Assembly: GCA_963751455.1 (NCBI GenBank)
Contig: CAVVUN010000002.1
Location: forward strand, 320,001-384,000
Direction of reading: 5' to 3'
From: Nitrospirota bacterium
Lineage (GTDB): Bacteria; Nitrospirota; UBA9217
Length of the DNA stretch: 64,000 nucleotides
Shown: positions 29,495 to 39,076 of the stretch, piece by piece
Layout of the letters: each line of letters begins with the position of its first letter
Numbering within the stretch: the stretch's first letter is position 1
Notes under the pieces: model-generated
Databases searched by the model: none
Seen by the model: the letters and a program-made list of their open reading frames with translations, nothing else
What the model was told of the DNA's origin: nothing
Program-made: the position numbers and the translations under genes

Positions 29495-30400
29495 ATGCTG
29501 GGTGTTTTTCGCAGCCTGACCGACGGTCTGGCTAAGACCAGAAAAAATATTTCCGATAAAATAGGCTCACTGATCCTTGGTGAGAAGATTGATGAAAGTT
29601 TTCTTGATGAACTCGAAGAAGCGCTCATCTCTGCCGACGTGGGAGCGGAAACAGCTTCCTTCGTTCTGAAAGACCTTAAAGAGCGCTTCAGCCGCAATGA
29701 ACTCTCGTCGGCTGTCGACATCAAGGAACGGCTCAGGAGGGTCCTCTTTGAGATATTGACGAAAGACAGTTCAAAACCAATTCTTACTGCGAACCCGGCC
29801 GTAATACTGGTTGTCGGTGTAAACGGTACGGGCAAGACGACCACCATCGGTAAACTCGCATACCGGCTGCATGCGGACGGAAGTAAAGTGATGCTTGCTG
29901 CAGCGGACACATTCAGGGCGGCCGCCTCAGAACAACTTTCTGTCTGGGGAGAGCGTGCCGGTATACCGGTCATTAAACACAAGGAAGGCGCTGATCCGGG
30001 CGCGGTTGTATTCGACGCGGTATCAGCAGCCAAGGCACGATCGGTCGATCTGCTTATTGTAGACACTGCCGGAAGACTCCATACGAAGTCTAATCTTATG
30101 GATGAGCTCAAAAAAGTTAAACGGATCCTGTCCCGGGAATTGCCGGGAGCGCCGCATGAAGTTTTCCTGGTTCTCGACGGAACCACGGGCCAGAACGGCC
30201 TGCTGCAGGCCCAGATGTTCAAAGAGGCTGTGGGCGTTACCGGTATTGTAGTCACCAAGCTTGACGGCACTTCAAAGGGCGGTATCGTGTTCGCCATCAC
30301 AAGGGAACTTTCCATCCCTGTCAGATTCATCGGCATCGGGGAAGGGATCGAGGATTTAAGGGAATTTGAACCCAAGGAGTTTGTGGAGGCACTGCTGTAA
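29495..30400 (+). CDS. ftsY: SRP receptor FtsY
   Basis: GVNGTGKTTTIGKLA, DTFRAAA, DTAGR, TKLDGTSKGG. Confidence 0.96.
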   Translation: MLGVFRSLTDGLAKTRKNISDKIGSLILGEKIDESFLDELEEALISADVGAETASFVLKDLKERFSRNELSSAVDIKERLRRVLFEILTKDSSKPILTANPAVILVVGVNGTGKTTTIGKLAYRLHADGSKVMLAAADTFRAAASEQLSVWGERAGIPVIKHKEGADPGAVVFDAVSAAKARSVDLLIVDTAGRLHTKSNLMDELKKVKRILSRELPGAPHEVFLVLDGTTGQNGLLQAQMFKEAVGVTGIVVTKLDGTSKGGIVFAITRELSIPVRFIGIGEGIEDLREFEPKEFVEALL

Positions 30401-30404
30401 ATGC

Positions 30405-30480
30405 GTCTGTTTGGTTTGTATGGGTTTATCTGGTTTGTTTGGTTAACAACTAGACAAACCAAATCAACTAAACAAACCTA
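30405..30480. repeat. Nonamer (TTTGTnTGG) inverted-arm element
   Basis: CTGTTTGGTTTGTATGGGTTTATCTGGTTTGTTTGGTT versus AACTAGACAAACCAAATCAACTAAACAAAC. Confidence 0.7.
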
Positions 30481-30508
30481 AGAACGAGACAAATCATAAA
30501 ACAAAACC

Positions 30509-30790
30509 ATGGAGAGCGTTCAGGTAGAAATATTCGGCCAGGTATACAGTATAAAGGGCGGAGAAGACCCTGCCCATATCCGCAGTCTTGCAGCTTTTCT
30601 TGATGCAAAAATGCATGAAGTACAGAAAGGCACGGGTACAGCGGACCCCCATAGGGTCGCTATTCTAACCGCTCTTACCATTACCGACGAACTCTACAGG
30701 CTTCGTGAGAAGACAAAATCATTTGAAGTAACCGCGGAAAGTGCGCTGCATCGTCTTCTGGAGCTGACAGAATCCAAACCGGCAAAATAA
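30509..30790 (+). CDS. zapA: Cell division protein ZapA
   Basis: VEIFGQVYSI..LA..LD.KM..VAILTAL.I.DEL. Confidence 0.88.
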   Translation: MESVQVEIFGQVYSIKGGEDPAHIRSLAAFLDAKMHEVQKGTGTADPHRVAILTALTITDELYRLREKTKSFEVTAESALHRLLELTESKPAK

Positions 30791-30917
30791 TCATGTGGCG
30801 GATGCGTCTTTGCGTAACTCGATGTAACGCACGGGAATCTCAAGCGTTGCGACGCATAAGCCTTTATAACTAAAAGGTTTTATTTGACAAGCACGCGGAT
30901 GTTACAGTTTTTTGTTC

Positions 30918-30946
30918 TTGCCATTTTTGGGCCATTCTGGTATAAA
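30918..30946 (+). promoter_or_regulatory. Promoter for 6S RNA
   Basis: TTGCCA-17bp-TATAAA. Confidence 0.55.
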
Positions 30947-30970
30947 GTACACAGATATCAAAAGCGGAAT

Positions 30971-31148
30971 TTCCCCTGCTTTGCGCGTGATTGATATAAC
31001 TTGTTCCTCGTGAATTAAAAAAATAGGGAGCTGTCTCCGGGAAAGGGTGTGCAAGCCCAGGCAAGACTGGGAAGCCTGAACTTTCCTGTATGGCGCCCAC
31101 CTGGTTACGATCAGGAATCAAGTTAATCCACACGGCAAGGCGGGGGAT
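30971..31148 (+). ncRNA. ssrS: 6S RNA
   Basis: Downstream of zapA; 5' CCCCTGCTTTGCGCGTG pairs with 3' CACACGGCAAGGCGGGGG; internal GGGAGC...GCCCACC; ~180 nt. Confidence 0.82.
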
Positions 31149-31616
31149 CTTTAATATTTCTGAAAGCTCATCTTTATCGTATTCATCCAAATATTCATTT
31201 TTTTAAATTTTAATGTTTTCAGCGCATGAAAGGAGCTAAGGAAGGAAGGCTCCGGCGCTTGCGATAGTGTTATGTACTAGCGGCATTCTGAGGACGTACT
31301 ATCATCTCTGATTTGAAGTTTCCCGGCCTTCTCAGTTCCCGCACAAGATTGAAGATTGTAAACGAGCAGGACAGTAAACTTCGATAATGGGGAGAAGTGT
31401 TTGATACATATGCGGAAGGAATGGAAAGCCGGGGAACCGGTTTCTGCTAAATATGGACGCAACAATATGACACTATCAGCGACATATGAGGCCAGGGAAG
31501 AATTGCATTTTCCCGGATTCCCCGAACAACCACCCCGGATTTACTGGAACTGCACGTAGTATTTTCTTTTTTCTTGCACTATCACGCTCGCTCGCCCTCC
31601 TTGCTCAGTCATTCCA

Positions 31617-32957
31617 TTGGGTCTTAAAAATGTAAAAAAACCGGCCGCAGCTGAGCCTGCGCCCCCGGAACCGTTGGAACCGCCTCTTGCCTGGAGAATG
31701 AGGCCGCGCGATCTGTCCGAATTTGCAGGTCAACAGCACATTCTGGCTCCCGGGAAGCTTTTACGGAGATCGATCGAGACGGACCGGTTCATGTCGCTGA
31801 TCCTCTACGGTCCGCCGGGGACGGGAAAAACCGCGCTCGCGCACCTGATTGCCGAACGAAGCCGGGCATATTTCGTGTCGCTGAATGCAGTGACTGCGGG
31901 AGTTGCCGACATTCGCAAGACGGCACACGATGCAGCCCTTGAGCGAAGCGGGACCGGGCGAAGGACGCTTCTCTTTATCGACGAAATCCATCGTTTCACC
32001 CGTGTTCAGCAGGACGCGCTCCTGCCGGATGTGGAACGTGGAAACATAACGCTTATCGGCGCCTCGACGTCGAATCCCTTCTTCGCGATTATCCCTGCCC
32101 TTTCATCGCGCTCGCAGATATTCGAATTTAAACCGCTTTCAAAAGAAGACGTCAAAGCGATCATTCTTCGTGCTGTCGCGGACAAGGAGCGCGGGCTCGG
32201 CAATCTTGCCGTCACGATCGCGCCCGATGCGCTTGATTTTATCATAGCACGTTCGAGTGGCGACGCCAGGCGCGCCTTGAATGCGCTTGAACTGGGCGTC
32301 CTTTCTACTGCACCGGGAGCGGACGGCGTCATCCGGTTCGATCTTCAAATAGCCGAAGAATCGATTCAAAAAAAGGCGCTGGTCTATGATGAAGACGAGC
32401 ACTACGATACCATTTCCGCGTTTATCAAGAGCATGCGCGGCAGCGATCCTGACGCGGCCCTCTACTGGATGGCAAAGATGATTTACGGTGGAGAGGACCC
32501 GCTCTTTATTGCGCGCAGAATCGTGATTGCGGCAAGCGAAGATGTGGGAAATGCGGACCCGCGGGCGATCATGGTTGCAACAGCCGCCTATCAGGCAGTC
32601 GAGCGCATCGGAATGCCGGAGGGAGCGCTTCCCCTGGCTCAAGCGGCGGTGTATGTGGCTTCCGCGCCCAAAAGCAACGCGTCCTACCTCGGAATCAAGG
32701 AAGCAATGAAAGACATTCAAGAAGGAACATTTTTACCCGTGCCCGATCACTTGAAAGATGTGCATTACAAGGGAGCGGAGAGACTCGGCAGAGGCAAAGG
32801 GTACCGGTATCCGCACGATTATCCGGGTCATTATGTTGCACAGGAATACCTCCCGCAGAAGCGGGAATACTACCGGCCCACGGAGCAGGGCGAAGAGAAG
32901 CGAATCAAGGAGCGTCTTGCCGGGCTGAAGAATAGAGCTCAGGAGGAAAAGGAATGA
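31617..32957 (+). CDS. rarA: Replication-associated recombination protein A (start uncertain)
   Basis: [43 protein letters not shown]. Confidence 0.93.
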   Translation: MGLKNVKKPAAAEPAPPEPLEPPLAWRMRPRDLSEFAGQQHILAPGKLLRRSIETDRFMSLILYGPPGTGKTALAHLIAERSRAYFVSLNAVTAGVADIRKTAHDAALERSGTGRRTLLFIDEIHRFTRVQQDALLPDVERGNITLIGASTSNPFFAIIPALSSRSQIFEFKPLSKEDVKAIILRAVADKERGLGNLAVTIAPDALDFIIARSSGDARRALNALELGVLSTAPGADGVIRFDLQIAEESIQKKALVYDEDEHYDTISAFIKSMRGSDPDAALYWMAKMIYGGEDPLFIARRIVIAASEDVGNADPRAIMVATAAYQAVERIGMPEGALPLAQAAVYVASAPKSNASYLGIKEAMKDIQEGTFLPVPDHLKDVHYKGAERLGRGKGYRYPHDYPGHYVAQEYLPQKREYYRPTEQGEEKRIKERLAGLKNRAQEEKE

Positions 32958-34510
32958 TCGAGTATGCTGTCATATTAATTGCAGGACTGGCGGGCGGATT
33001 CGGCCTGGGCCTGCTCATCAAGGGAAGGATGGCGGCAGGAAAGATCCGTGACGCCGAAGCAGAAGCTGCCAGAATCATTGCGAATGCCGAGCGTGAAGCG
33101 GAAACCAAGCGCAAAGAGGCGGTCCTTGAAGTAAAGGACAAGCTTTATCAGGCCCGGGCGGATTTCGAAAAAGAAAACCGTGAAAAAAGACAGGAACTCC
33201 AGAACCAGGAACGACGGCTCTCGCAGAAAGAAGAGAACATCGAGAAAAAAGTCGATGGGATCGAAAAAAGGGAATCCGATATCGTGCGCAGGGAACGGGA
33301 ACTGACGGCACGGGAAAAAGTTGCGATCGAAAAGGAGGACCGGTTCGAGAAGGGACTCCGCGAACAGCGCCTTATGCTTGAAAAGATCGCAAACATGACA
33401 GCCGAAGAGGCCAAACGGCAGTTGATGGTGTCCATGGAGGACGAGGCCAAATACGAAGCGGCCAAGTCAATAAAACGGATCGAAGACGAAGCCAAAGAGG
33501 AAGCCGACAAGAAGTCCAAGAACATAATCAGCCTGGCGATCCAACGGTATGCAAGCGATTACGTGGCCGAGGCGACCGTATCGGTGGTAAATCTGCCGAA
33601 CGACGAGATGAAGGGCAGGATCATCGGGCGGGAAGGACGCAATATCAGGGCGCTTGAAGCGGCCACCGGGATCGACCTGATCATCGACGACACGCCGGAG
33701 GCGGTCATCCTGTCATGCTACGATCCGCTGAGGCGCGAGATCGCACGGCTTACCATCGAGCGGCTGATCCTGGACGGACGGATACACCCGGCCCGGATTG
33801 AAGAAATCGCAGAGAAGGTCAAGAAGGACCTCGACATGGCAATGAAGGAAGAAGGCGAGAAGGCGGCCTTTGACCTGGGCATACATAATATGCACCCGGA
33901 AATCATCAAGCTGATCGGCAGGCTGAAGTTCAGGACGAGCTACGGGCAGAATGTGCTCATGCATTCCCGCGAGGTCGCCTATTTTGCCGGCATCATGGCG
34001 GCAGAATGCGGCGTGGACCAGAAACTGGCCCGTCGCGCAGGCCTGCTCCACGATCTCGGAAAAGCCATCGACCATGAAGTAGAGGGCACGCATCCGCAGA
34101 TCGGCGGCGACCTGGCCAAAAAATACGGCGAGTCGGTTAAAGTGATCAACGCCATTCTGACGCACCACGGAGACGGAGAACCGAACTCCGTCGAATCGGT
34201 GCTCGTCGCGGCCTCCGATGCCCTGTCGGCAGGGAGACCCGGGGTAAGGCGTGAAACGCTCGAGAGCTACCTCAAGCGCCTGGAACAGCTCGAGAGCACC
34301 GCCAATTCATTCAAAGGCGTTGAAAAGTCATATGCTATACAGGCAGGCCGTGAGATCCGGATCATTGTTAAACCCGAGGACCTCTCCGATCTGCATTCGG
34401 CCCAGCTTTCGCGCGACATTGCCAAGAAGATAGAGCAGGAGCTTTCCTATCCCGGGCAGATAAAAGTGACCGTCGTGCGCGAGAGCAGGTACGTAGAATA
34501 CGCGAAGTAA
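32954..34510 (+). CDS. rny: Ribonuclease Y
   Basis: N-terminal TM helix, coiled coil, [23 protein letters not shown]. Confidence 0.96.
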   Translation: MIEYAVILIAGLAGGFGLGLLIKGRMAAGKIRDAEAEAARIIANAEREAETKRKEAVLEVKDKLYQARADFEKENREKRQELQNQERRLSQKEENIEKKVDGIEKRESDIVRRERELTAREKVAIEKEDRFEKGLREQRLMLEKIANMTAEEAKRQLMVSMEDEAKYEAAKSIKRIEDEAKEEADKKSKNIISLAIQRYASDYVAEATVSVVNLPNDEMKGRIIGREGRNIRALEAATGIDLIIDDTPEAVILSCYDPLRREIARLTIERLILDGRIHPARIEEIAEKVKKDLDMAMKEEGEKAAFDLGIHNMHPEIIKLIGRLKFRTSYGQNVLMHSREVAYFAGIMAAECGVDQKLARRAGLLHDLGKAIDHEVEGTHPQIGGDLAKKYGESVKVINAILTHHGDGEPNSVESVLVAASDALSAGRPGVRRETLESYLKRLEQLESTANSFKGVEKSYAIQAGREIRIIVKPEDLSDLHSAQLSRDIAKKIEQELSYPGQIKVTVVRESRYVEYAK

Positions 34511-34520
34511 GTACAGACCC

Positions 34521-34609
34521 GATACAGGATGCATGATGCAGGATGTACGGTTGAACGCCGCCCCTATCCGGAGTCCCATCATGAATCATGCATCGTGCAT
34601 CATGCATCA
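34521..34609. repeat. Heptamer (GATGCAn) inverted-arm element
   Basis: GATACAGGATGCATGATGCAGGATG ... CATCATGAATCATGCATCGTGCATCATGCATC; related partial copy at ~5876-5941. Confidence 0.75.
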
Positions 34610-34615
34610 GGAGGG

Positions 34616-35398
34616 GTGTTGAGGGTTTTATTCATCGGCGACATTATCGGCGAACCAGGCAGAAAAATGGTGCGGGCGAATATGAGGTCGCTCGTAGAGA
34701 AGCACGCGCCTGACCTGATCATCGCAAACGGAGAAAACGCAGCCGGCGGGTTCGGGATCACGCCGGAGATCGCCGAAGAACTTTTCTCGCTCGGTATCCA
34801 TGTTCTTACATCCGGCAATCACGTATGGGATAAAAAAGAAATAGAGCCCTATCTCGTGAAGCAGGACCGGCTGATCAGGCCGGCGAACTATCCCAATGGA
34901 AGTCCCGGTTACGGCAGCGTGGTTATATCTACGCCCGCCGGCAAGGCGGCTGTCTTGAACCTCGAGGGCAGGGTGTTTATGTCTAATCTGGACGATCCTT
35001 TCCGGGTAGGCGCTCGCGAGGTCGACACGCTCAGGAAAGAAACGCCGGTCGTGATCATCGACTTTCATGCGGAGGCGACATCAGAGAAGAATGCGCTTGC
35101 CTGGCACCTGAACGGCAAAGCGAGCGCGCTCATCGGGACCCATACGCACGTTCAGACATCGGATGAACGCATCCTGACCGAAGGCACGGCATTCATTACC
35201 GATGTGGGCATGACCGGCCCCTCCGATTCAGTAATCGGCGTCAAGAAAGAACAGGCCATTGCCCGTTTTTTATACCAAACCCCCCACCGGTTCGAGATAC
35301 CCAAAGGCCCCGTTCATTTGAACGCCGTTGTCATTGAGGTCGACGAGAAGAGCGGCAAGGCGGTATCCATAGAGAGAATATATATAAAATCGTCGTGA
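34616..35398 (+). CDS. YmdB/TIGR00282 metallophosphoesterase
   Basis: FIGDIIG, NGENAAGG, GNHVWD, DFHAEATSEK, GTHTHV. Confidence 0.92.
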   Translation: MLRVLFIGDIIGEPGRKMVRANMRSLVEKHAPDLIIANGENAAGGFGITPEIAEELFSLGIHVLTSGNHVWDKKEIEPYLVKQDRLIRPANYPNGSPGYGSVVISTPAGKAAVLNLEGRVFMSNLDDPFRVGAREVDTLRKETPVVIIDFHAEATSEKNALAWHLNGKASALIGTHTHVQTSDERILTEGTAFITDVGMTGPSDSVIGVKKEQAIARFLYQTPHRFEIPKGPVHLNAVVIEVDEKSGKAVSIERIYIKSS

Positions 35399-35666
35399 TT
35401 GCGGATTGCGGAATTCAGCCTTCACTCGCGCGTAAGCACTCGTAGTCGCTGGCCGCAGGCGGATTGCGGAATGTGACTACAGGTATAGCTACTGCGCTCT
35501 CGCTCAAGAGAGCCAAGGGCTGTAAGCAGGAACTTTACGTTCCCCATCCTCTCAATCAGCACATCCGGGCAGTTACCCATAATGGATTCAAATCCGAAAT
35601 TCGCAATCCGCCCGCACCCAGTCGCGTACGAGTGCATAGCGCGAGTGCAGGGTGAAATCCGAAATT
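35397..35666. repeat. Heptamer (GCGGATT) element with a ~48-bp inverted insert in each arm
   Basis: GATTGCGGATTGCGGAATT..; CAGCCTTCACTCGCGCGTAAGCACTCGTA is the near reverse complement of TACGAGTGCATAGCGCGAGTGCAGGGTG; ..AAATCCGAAAT. Confidence 0.7.
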
Positions 35667-36905
35667 ATGAAGACCCACATTCTCACTGTCACTCAGTTAA
35701 CCCATCAAATAAAGAATCTGCTGGAAGGAACCTTTCCCGATGTATGGGTAGAAGGGGAGGTTTCGAACCTTTCCATCGCCGGTTCCGGTCATGCCTATTT
35801 CACACTGAAAGACGCTCAGAGCCAGGTCAGGGGCGTCCTGTTCCGGTCTTCGCTTCGCTTCCTGAAGTTTACGCTCCAGCACGGAATGACGGTGATCTGC
35901 AGGGGACGGGTAAGCGTATACGAGCCGCGCGGAGAATACCAGTTCCTTGCTGAATACGTAGAACCCAAGGGCGTTGGAGCGCTGCAACTCGCCTTTGAAC
36001 AATTGAAGGCGAAGCTTGAACAGGAGGGGCTGTTCGACGCAAAAGGCAAGAAGCCAATTCCGCTTTTGCCGTCGCGGATCGGCATCATTACCTCTCCAGC
36101 CGGCGCCGCGATCCATGACATCCTTCGCGTCATCAGACGCCGCCATCCCAGAATGCGAATCCTGATCTATCCGGTGCCGGTACAGGGTCCTGAGGCGGCG
36201 CCTCGAATTATTGAAGCGATCCGGTATTTCAACAAAGAGCAAAACGCCGATGTCATAATAGCAGGCCGAGGCGGCGGTTCCCTCGAAGACCTCTGGGCCT
36301 TTAACGAGGAAAGCCTGGCGCGGGCCATCTTTGCATCGAAAATACCGGTCATCTCCGCTGTTGGTCACGAAACCGACTACACTATTGCGGATTTTGTCTC
36401 GGATCTCCGCGCACCCACGCCCTCGGCTGCCGCCGAAATGGTCGTGAAAACCGAAGAATCGTTCAGGGACCTGTTCTGTTCGTTGGAATCCGCGGCCGTC
36501 AATGGCATTCGCAGGAAGCTTGATGTGATACGGTCATCCTTGCGCGAATACAACAGCCTGCTCCGCGACCCCCGCAGAGCACTTGAGCAGTATACGCAGC
36601 GGGTCGACGATTTGAACGGCAGACTGACCACGGGAATCAACCACCATCTCAAGCGGGACAGGGCGATAATTGCGTCGCTTGCGTCGGCTCTCGGTCATCT
36701 CAATCCCCTGAGCATCCTGTCCCGAGGCTACAGCGTCACACGAAAAATCCGGACCGATGAAGTTCTGAAAGAGGCTTCAGGCGTGGAAGTAGAAGAGTTG
36801 ATCAGCACCACGCTTTTTCGGGGTGTCGTTTTTTCGCGAGTCGAGAAGATAGAAACTGAAACGGAAAGCAATAACTTCGGGAAACCGCAGTACGACAAAC
36901 TGTAA
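35667..36905 (+). CDS. xseA: Exodeoxyribonuclease VII large subunit
   Basis: SGHAYFTLKD, GRGGGSLEDLWAFN, SAVGHETD, RAPTPSAAAE. Confidence 0.95.
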   Translation: MKTHILTVTQLTHQIKNLLEGTFPDVWVEGEVSNLSIAGSGHAYFTLKDAQSQVRGVLFRSSLRFLKFTLQHGMTVICRGRVSVYEPRGEYQFLAEYVEPKGVGALQLAFEQLKAKLEQEGLFDAKGKKPIPLLPSRIGIITSPAGAAIHDILRVIRRRHPRMRILIYPVPVQGPEAAPRIIEAIRYFNKEQNADVIIAGRGGGSLEDLWAFNEESLARAIFASKIPVISAVGHETDYTIADFVSDLRAPTPSAAAEMVVKTEESFRDLFCSLESAAVNGIRRKLDVIRSSLREYNSLLRDPRRALEQYTQRVDDLNGRLTTGINHHLKRDRAIIASLASALGHLNPLSILSRGYSVTRKIRTDEVLKEASGVEVEELISTTLFRGVVFSRVEKIETETESNNFGKPQYDKL

Positions 36906-37003
36906 AGCGGGACGGATGAGCCGGCTATTCCGCTGCGCTTTCCATTCATCCCTGCATACTCTTTTTTGACATAGAAACTTTGGTATGCTAATCTCAGGGC
37001 CAA

Positions 37004-39076
37004 ATGCAGACATCTGATAAAAGAGAAGACATACCTGCCCCGCACATCGAGGACCTGATGCGTGTCCTCGTTTCGGCTATCAGGGCAGTTAAGCTTTACC
37101 CCCCTAACAATCCCGTTTACTCCCAGTCTGTGTCGAAATCGTGCCAGGCACTCCAACAATTCCTCGCAGAAACCGGGAAGGAACTGCGGATCAGCGTTCA
37201 AAAAACATTTTTTTCCTACCGGAACCAACCTCTCGGAAAAGACGGACAACTCAACAAAACCATCGCCCAGGATCTATATGCCAAAGGAATGCGTGAAATA
37301 ATTTTCACGAACGGTTTTCAGGAAACCCATTTGCTCGAGTTCCTTACCGCCCTGGCGCTTCCCTCTGAAGAACTGGCGATGAGAAGCGGAATCTCTTCCA
37401 TTCTTTGGCAAAAAGGCGTTTCCCATATCAAGGTGATCGAAGCCGGTCTGGACGACGTTTTAACCACGAAGGCGGAGGGCGATGAGGAGATTGAGGCGAT
37501 TGCGAATGGCGCCCCCCATCAGAAGCAGCACTCAGGCGAAAATACGAACGCGACAGGCCGCACTGTTATGATCGAGGATCTTATGAAAGACCCGGCCGGA
37601 TTCGCCGCCGGTCTCGTCAAAATCGCATCCGAAAATCAAAGTGATACTGAAAGTACGGATGACCGGCTCCTTTCTCTGTACCAGGAAGCAGGCCGGAAGA
37701 TCCAGGAGAAGCATGCGGATCAGAGTGATGTCCTTTTCGAACGTCTGGCAAATTCGGCGCTTTCTCTGGAGCGCGCTCACCGTCAGGGGCTGATTGCCGG
37801 CAAGCTCTATAAAAATATGGATTCCGACATCGTTCGTGAACAAAATCTGGAACTGGAAGAACAGCTGCCCAACAAAGTACAGGAAATTCTGACCGGCCGA
37901 TTTGCGGATTCATGGAATTCCAAGCAGGTTGCAGTTCTTCTGAAAAAAGCCGCTGAAAAGAAGGCCGTGGAGACCGGGCCGATAGTGGCCGATTCTCTCA
38001 AGGTGGAACCCATTCCCCCCGATATCATTGAATCTGTAAAAAATTTTTCCGAATACACTCCGGAAGAAATGGAGACGCTTAAGGCGGTCAGCGAGGCTGG
38101 CATGGAGTCGGATATTATTGAGGCTGCTACGCGCACACTCCTGTTCCTGCTCCCCCTCGTAAAGAGTTCCAGTCAATCAAAGCCGAGCGAAAAGGATATT
38201 CAGCTTTTCTCGAGCGTCGTACGACAGCTTGAAGACATGGTGATCTATCTTCTGCAGAAAAAAGATTATGATCTGGCTACGTTGATCATGCGCGCCCTGC
38301 GCATTCCCGTGGATGCCTCATTTAAGCCGAGAATGACGGAAGCGATGAGGAAGACGGCCTCGAAGACTGCAATTGCCGCCGCCATCGGGGATCTGAAGAA
38401 ATACACAAAGGATTCCGCCAAGTATCATTCGGTACGCTCGTATCTCGTCCTGCTGGAGCGGGAATCAACGGAGTCATTGCTGGAACTTCTTGCCGATGAA
38501 CAGGACCGGATGGCAAGGGATTTTCTGCTCAACGTGTTAAAAGACATCGGCAAAAACCAGATAACGTTCATAGGAGAGCATCTTTCAGACACGCGTTGGT
38601 ATGTGGTGCGAAATATCGTAAGTATCCTGGGTGAGAGCAAGGCAGACCAGGCAGTCGCCTTCCTGAGCAGGGTTGCCGACCATAAGAGCGTGCAGATACG
38701 CCAGGAAGTGATCAAGGGTCTGATCACGATCGGAGGAAAAAAGGCCGCTGCGCTCCTCGTTAAATTTCTGAACGACAAAAATCAGGATATCAGGTTCCAG
38801 GCCGTCCGCGGTTTTACAGAAATATCCGGCATCGGGCCCGAGGACGTAAAGGCTCTTGCGGTATTCTTGATGAACCGGCCGGTCAAAAGAAAAGGACAGG
38901 AACTTACCTTCGAGGCGATCAGGGCGCTCGGCAGAATCGGAAACAGAAGTTCAGCAGAATTTCTTGCCCGTTATGACAGGATACGCTGGTGGAAACCCCG
39001 CAAAATCCAGGTCGATCTGCGGGAGGCGGCTTTACGGGCCAGGGAAGAAATCGAAAGGAGAGAAGCCAATGGCTGA
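37004..39076 (+). CDS. HEAT-repeat protein
   Basis: N-terminal LYPPNNP domain; RWYVVRNIVSILG and further HEAT-like repeats. Confidence 0.8.
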   Translation: MQTSDKREDIPAPHIEDLMRVLVSAIRAVKLYPPNNPVYSQSVSKSCQALQQFLAETGKELRISVQKTFFSYRNQPLGKDGQLNKTIAQDLYAKGMREIIFTNGFQETHLLEFLTALALPSEELAMRSGISSILWQKGVSHIKVIEAGLDDVLTTKAEGDEEIEAIANGAPHQKQHSGENTNATGRTVMIEDLMKDPAGFAAGLVKIASENQSDTESTDDRLLSLYQEAGRKIQEKHADQSDVLFERLANSALSLERAHRQGLIAGKLYKNMDSDIVREQNLELEEQLPNKVQEILTGRFADSWNSKQVAVLLKKAAEKKAVETGPIVADSLKVEPIPPDIIESVKNFSEYTPEEMETLKAVSEAGMESDIIEAATRTLLFLLPLVKSSSQSKPSEKDIQLFSSVVRQLEDMVIYLLQKKDYDLATLIMRALRIPVDASFKPRMTEAMRKTASKTAIAAAIGDLKKYTKDSAKYHSVRSYLVLLERESTESLLELLADEQDRMARDFLLNVLKDIGKNQITFIGEHLSDTRWYVVRNIVSILGESKADQAVAFLSRVADHKSVQIRQEVIKGLITIGGKKAAALLVKFLNDKNQDIRFQAVRGFTEISGIGPEDVKALAVFLMNRPVKRKGQELTFEAIRALGRIGNRSSAEFLARYDRIRWWKPRKIQVDLREAALRAREEIERREANG

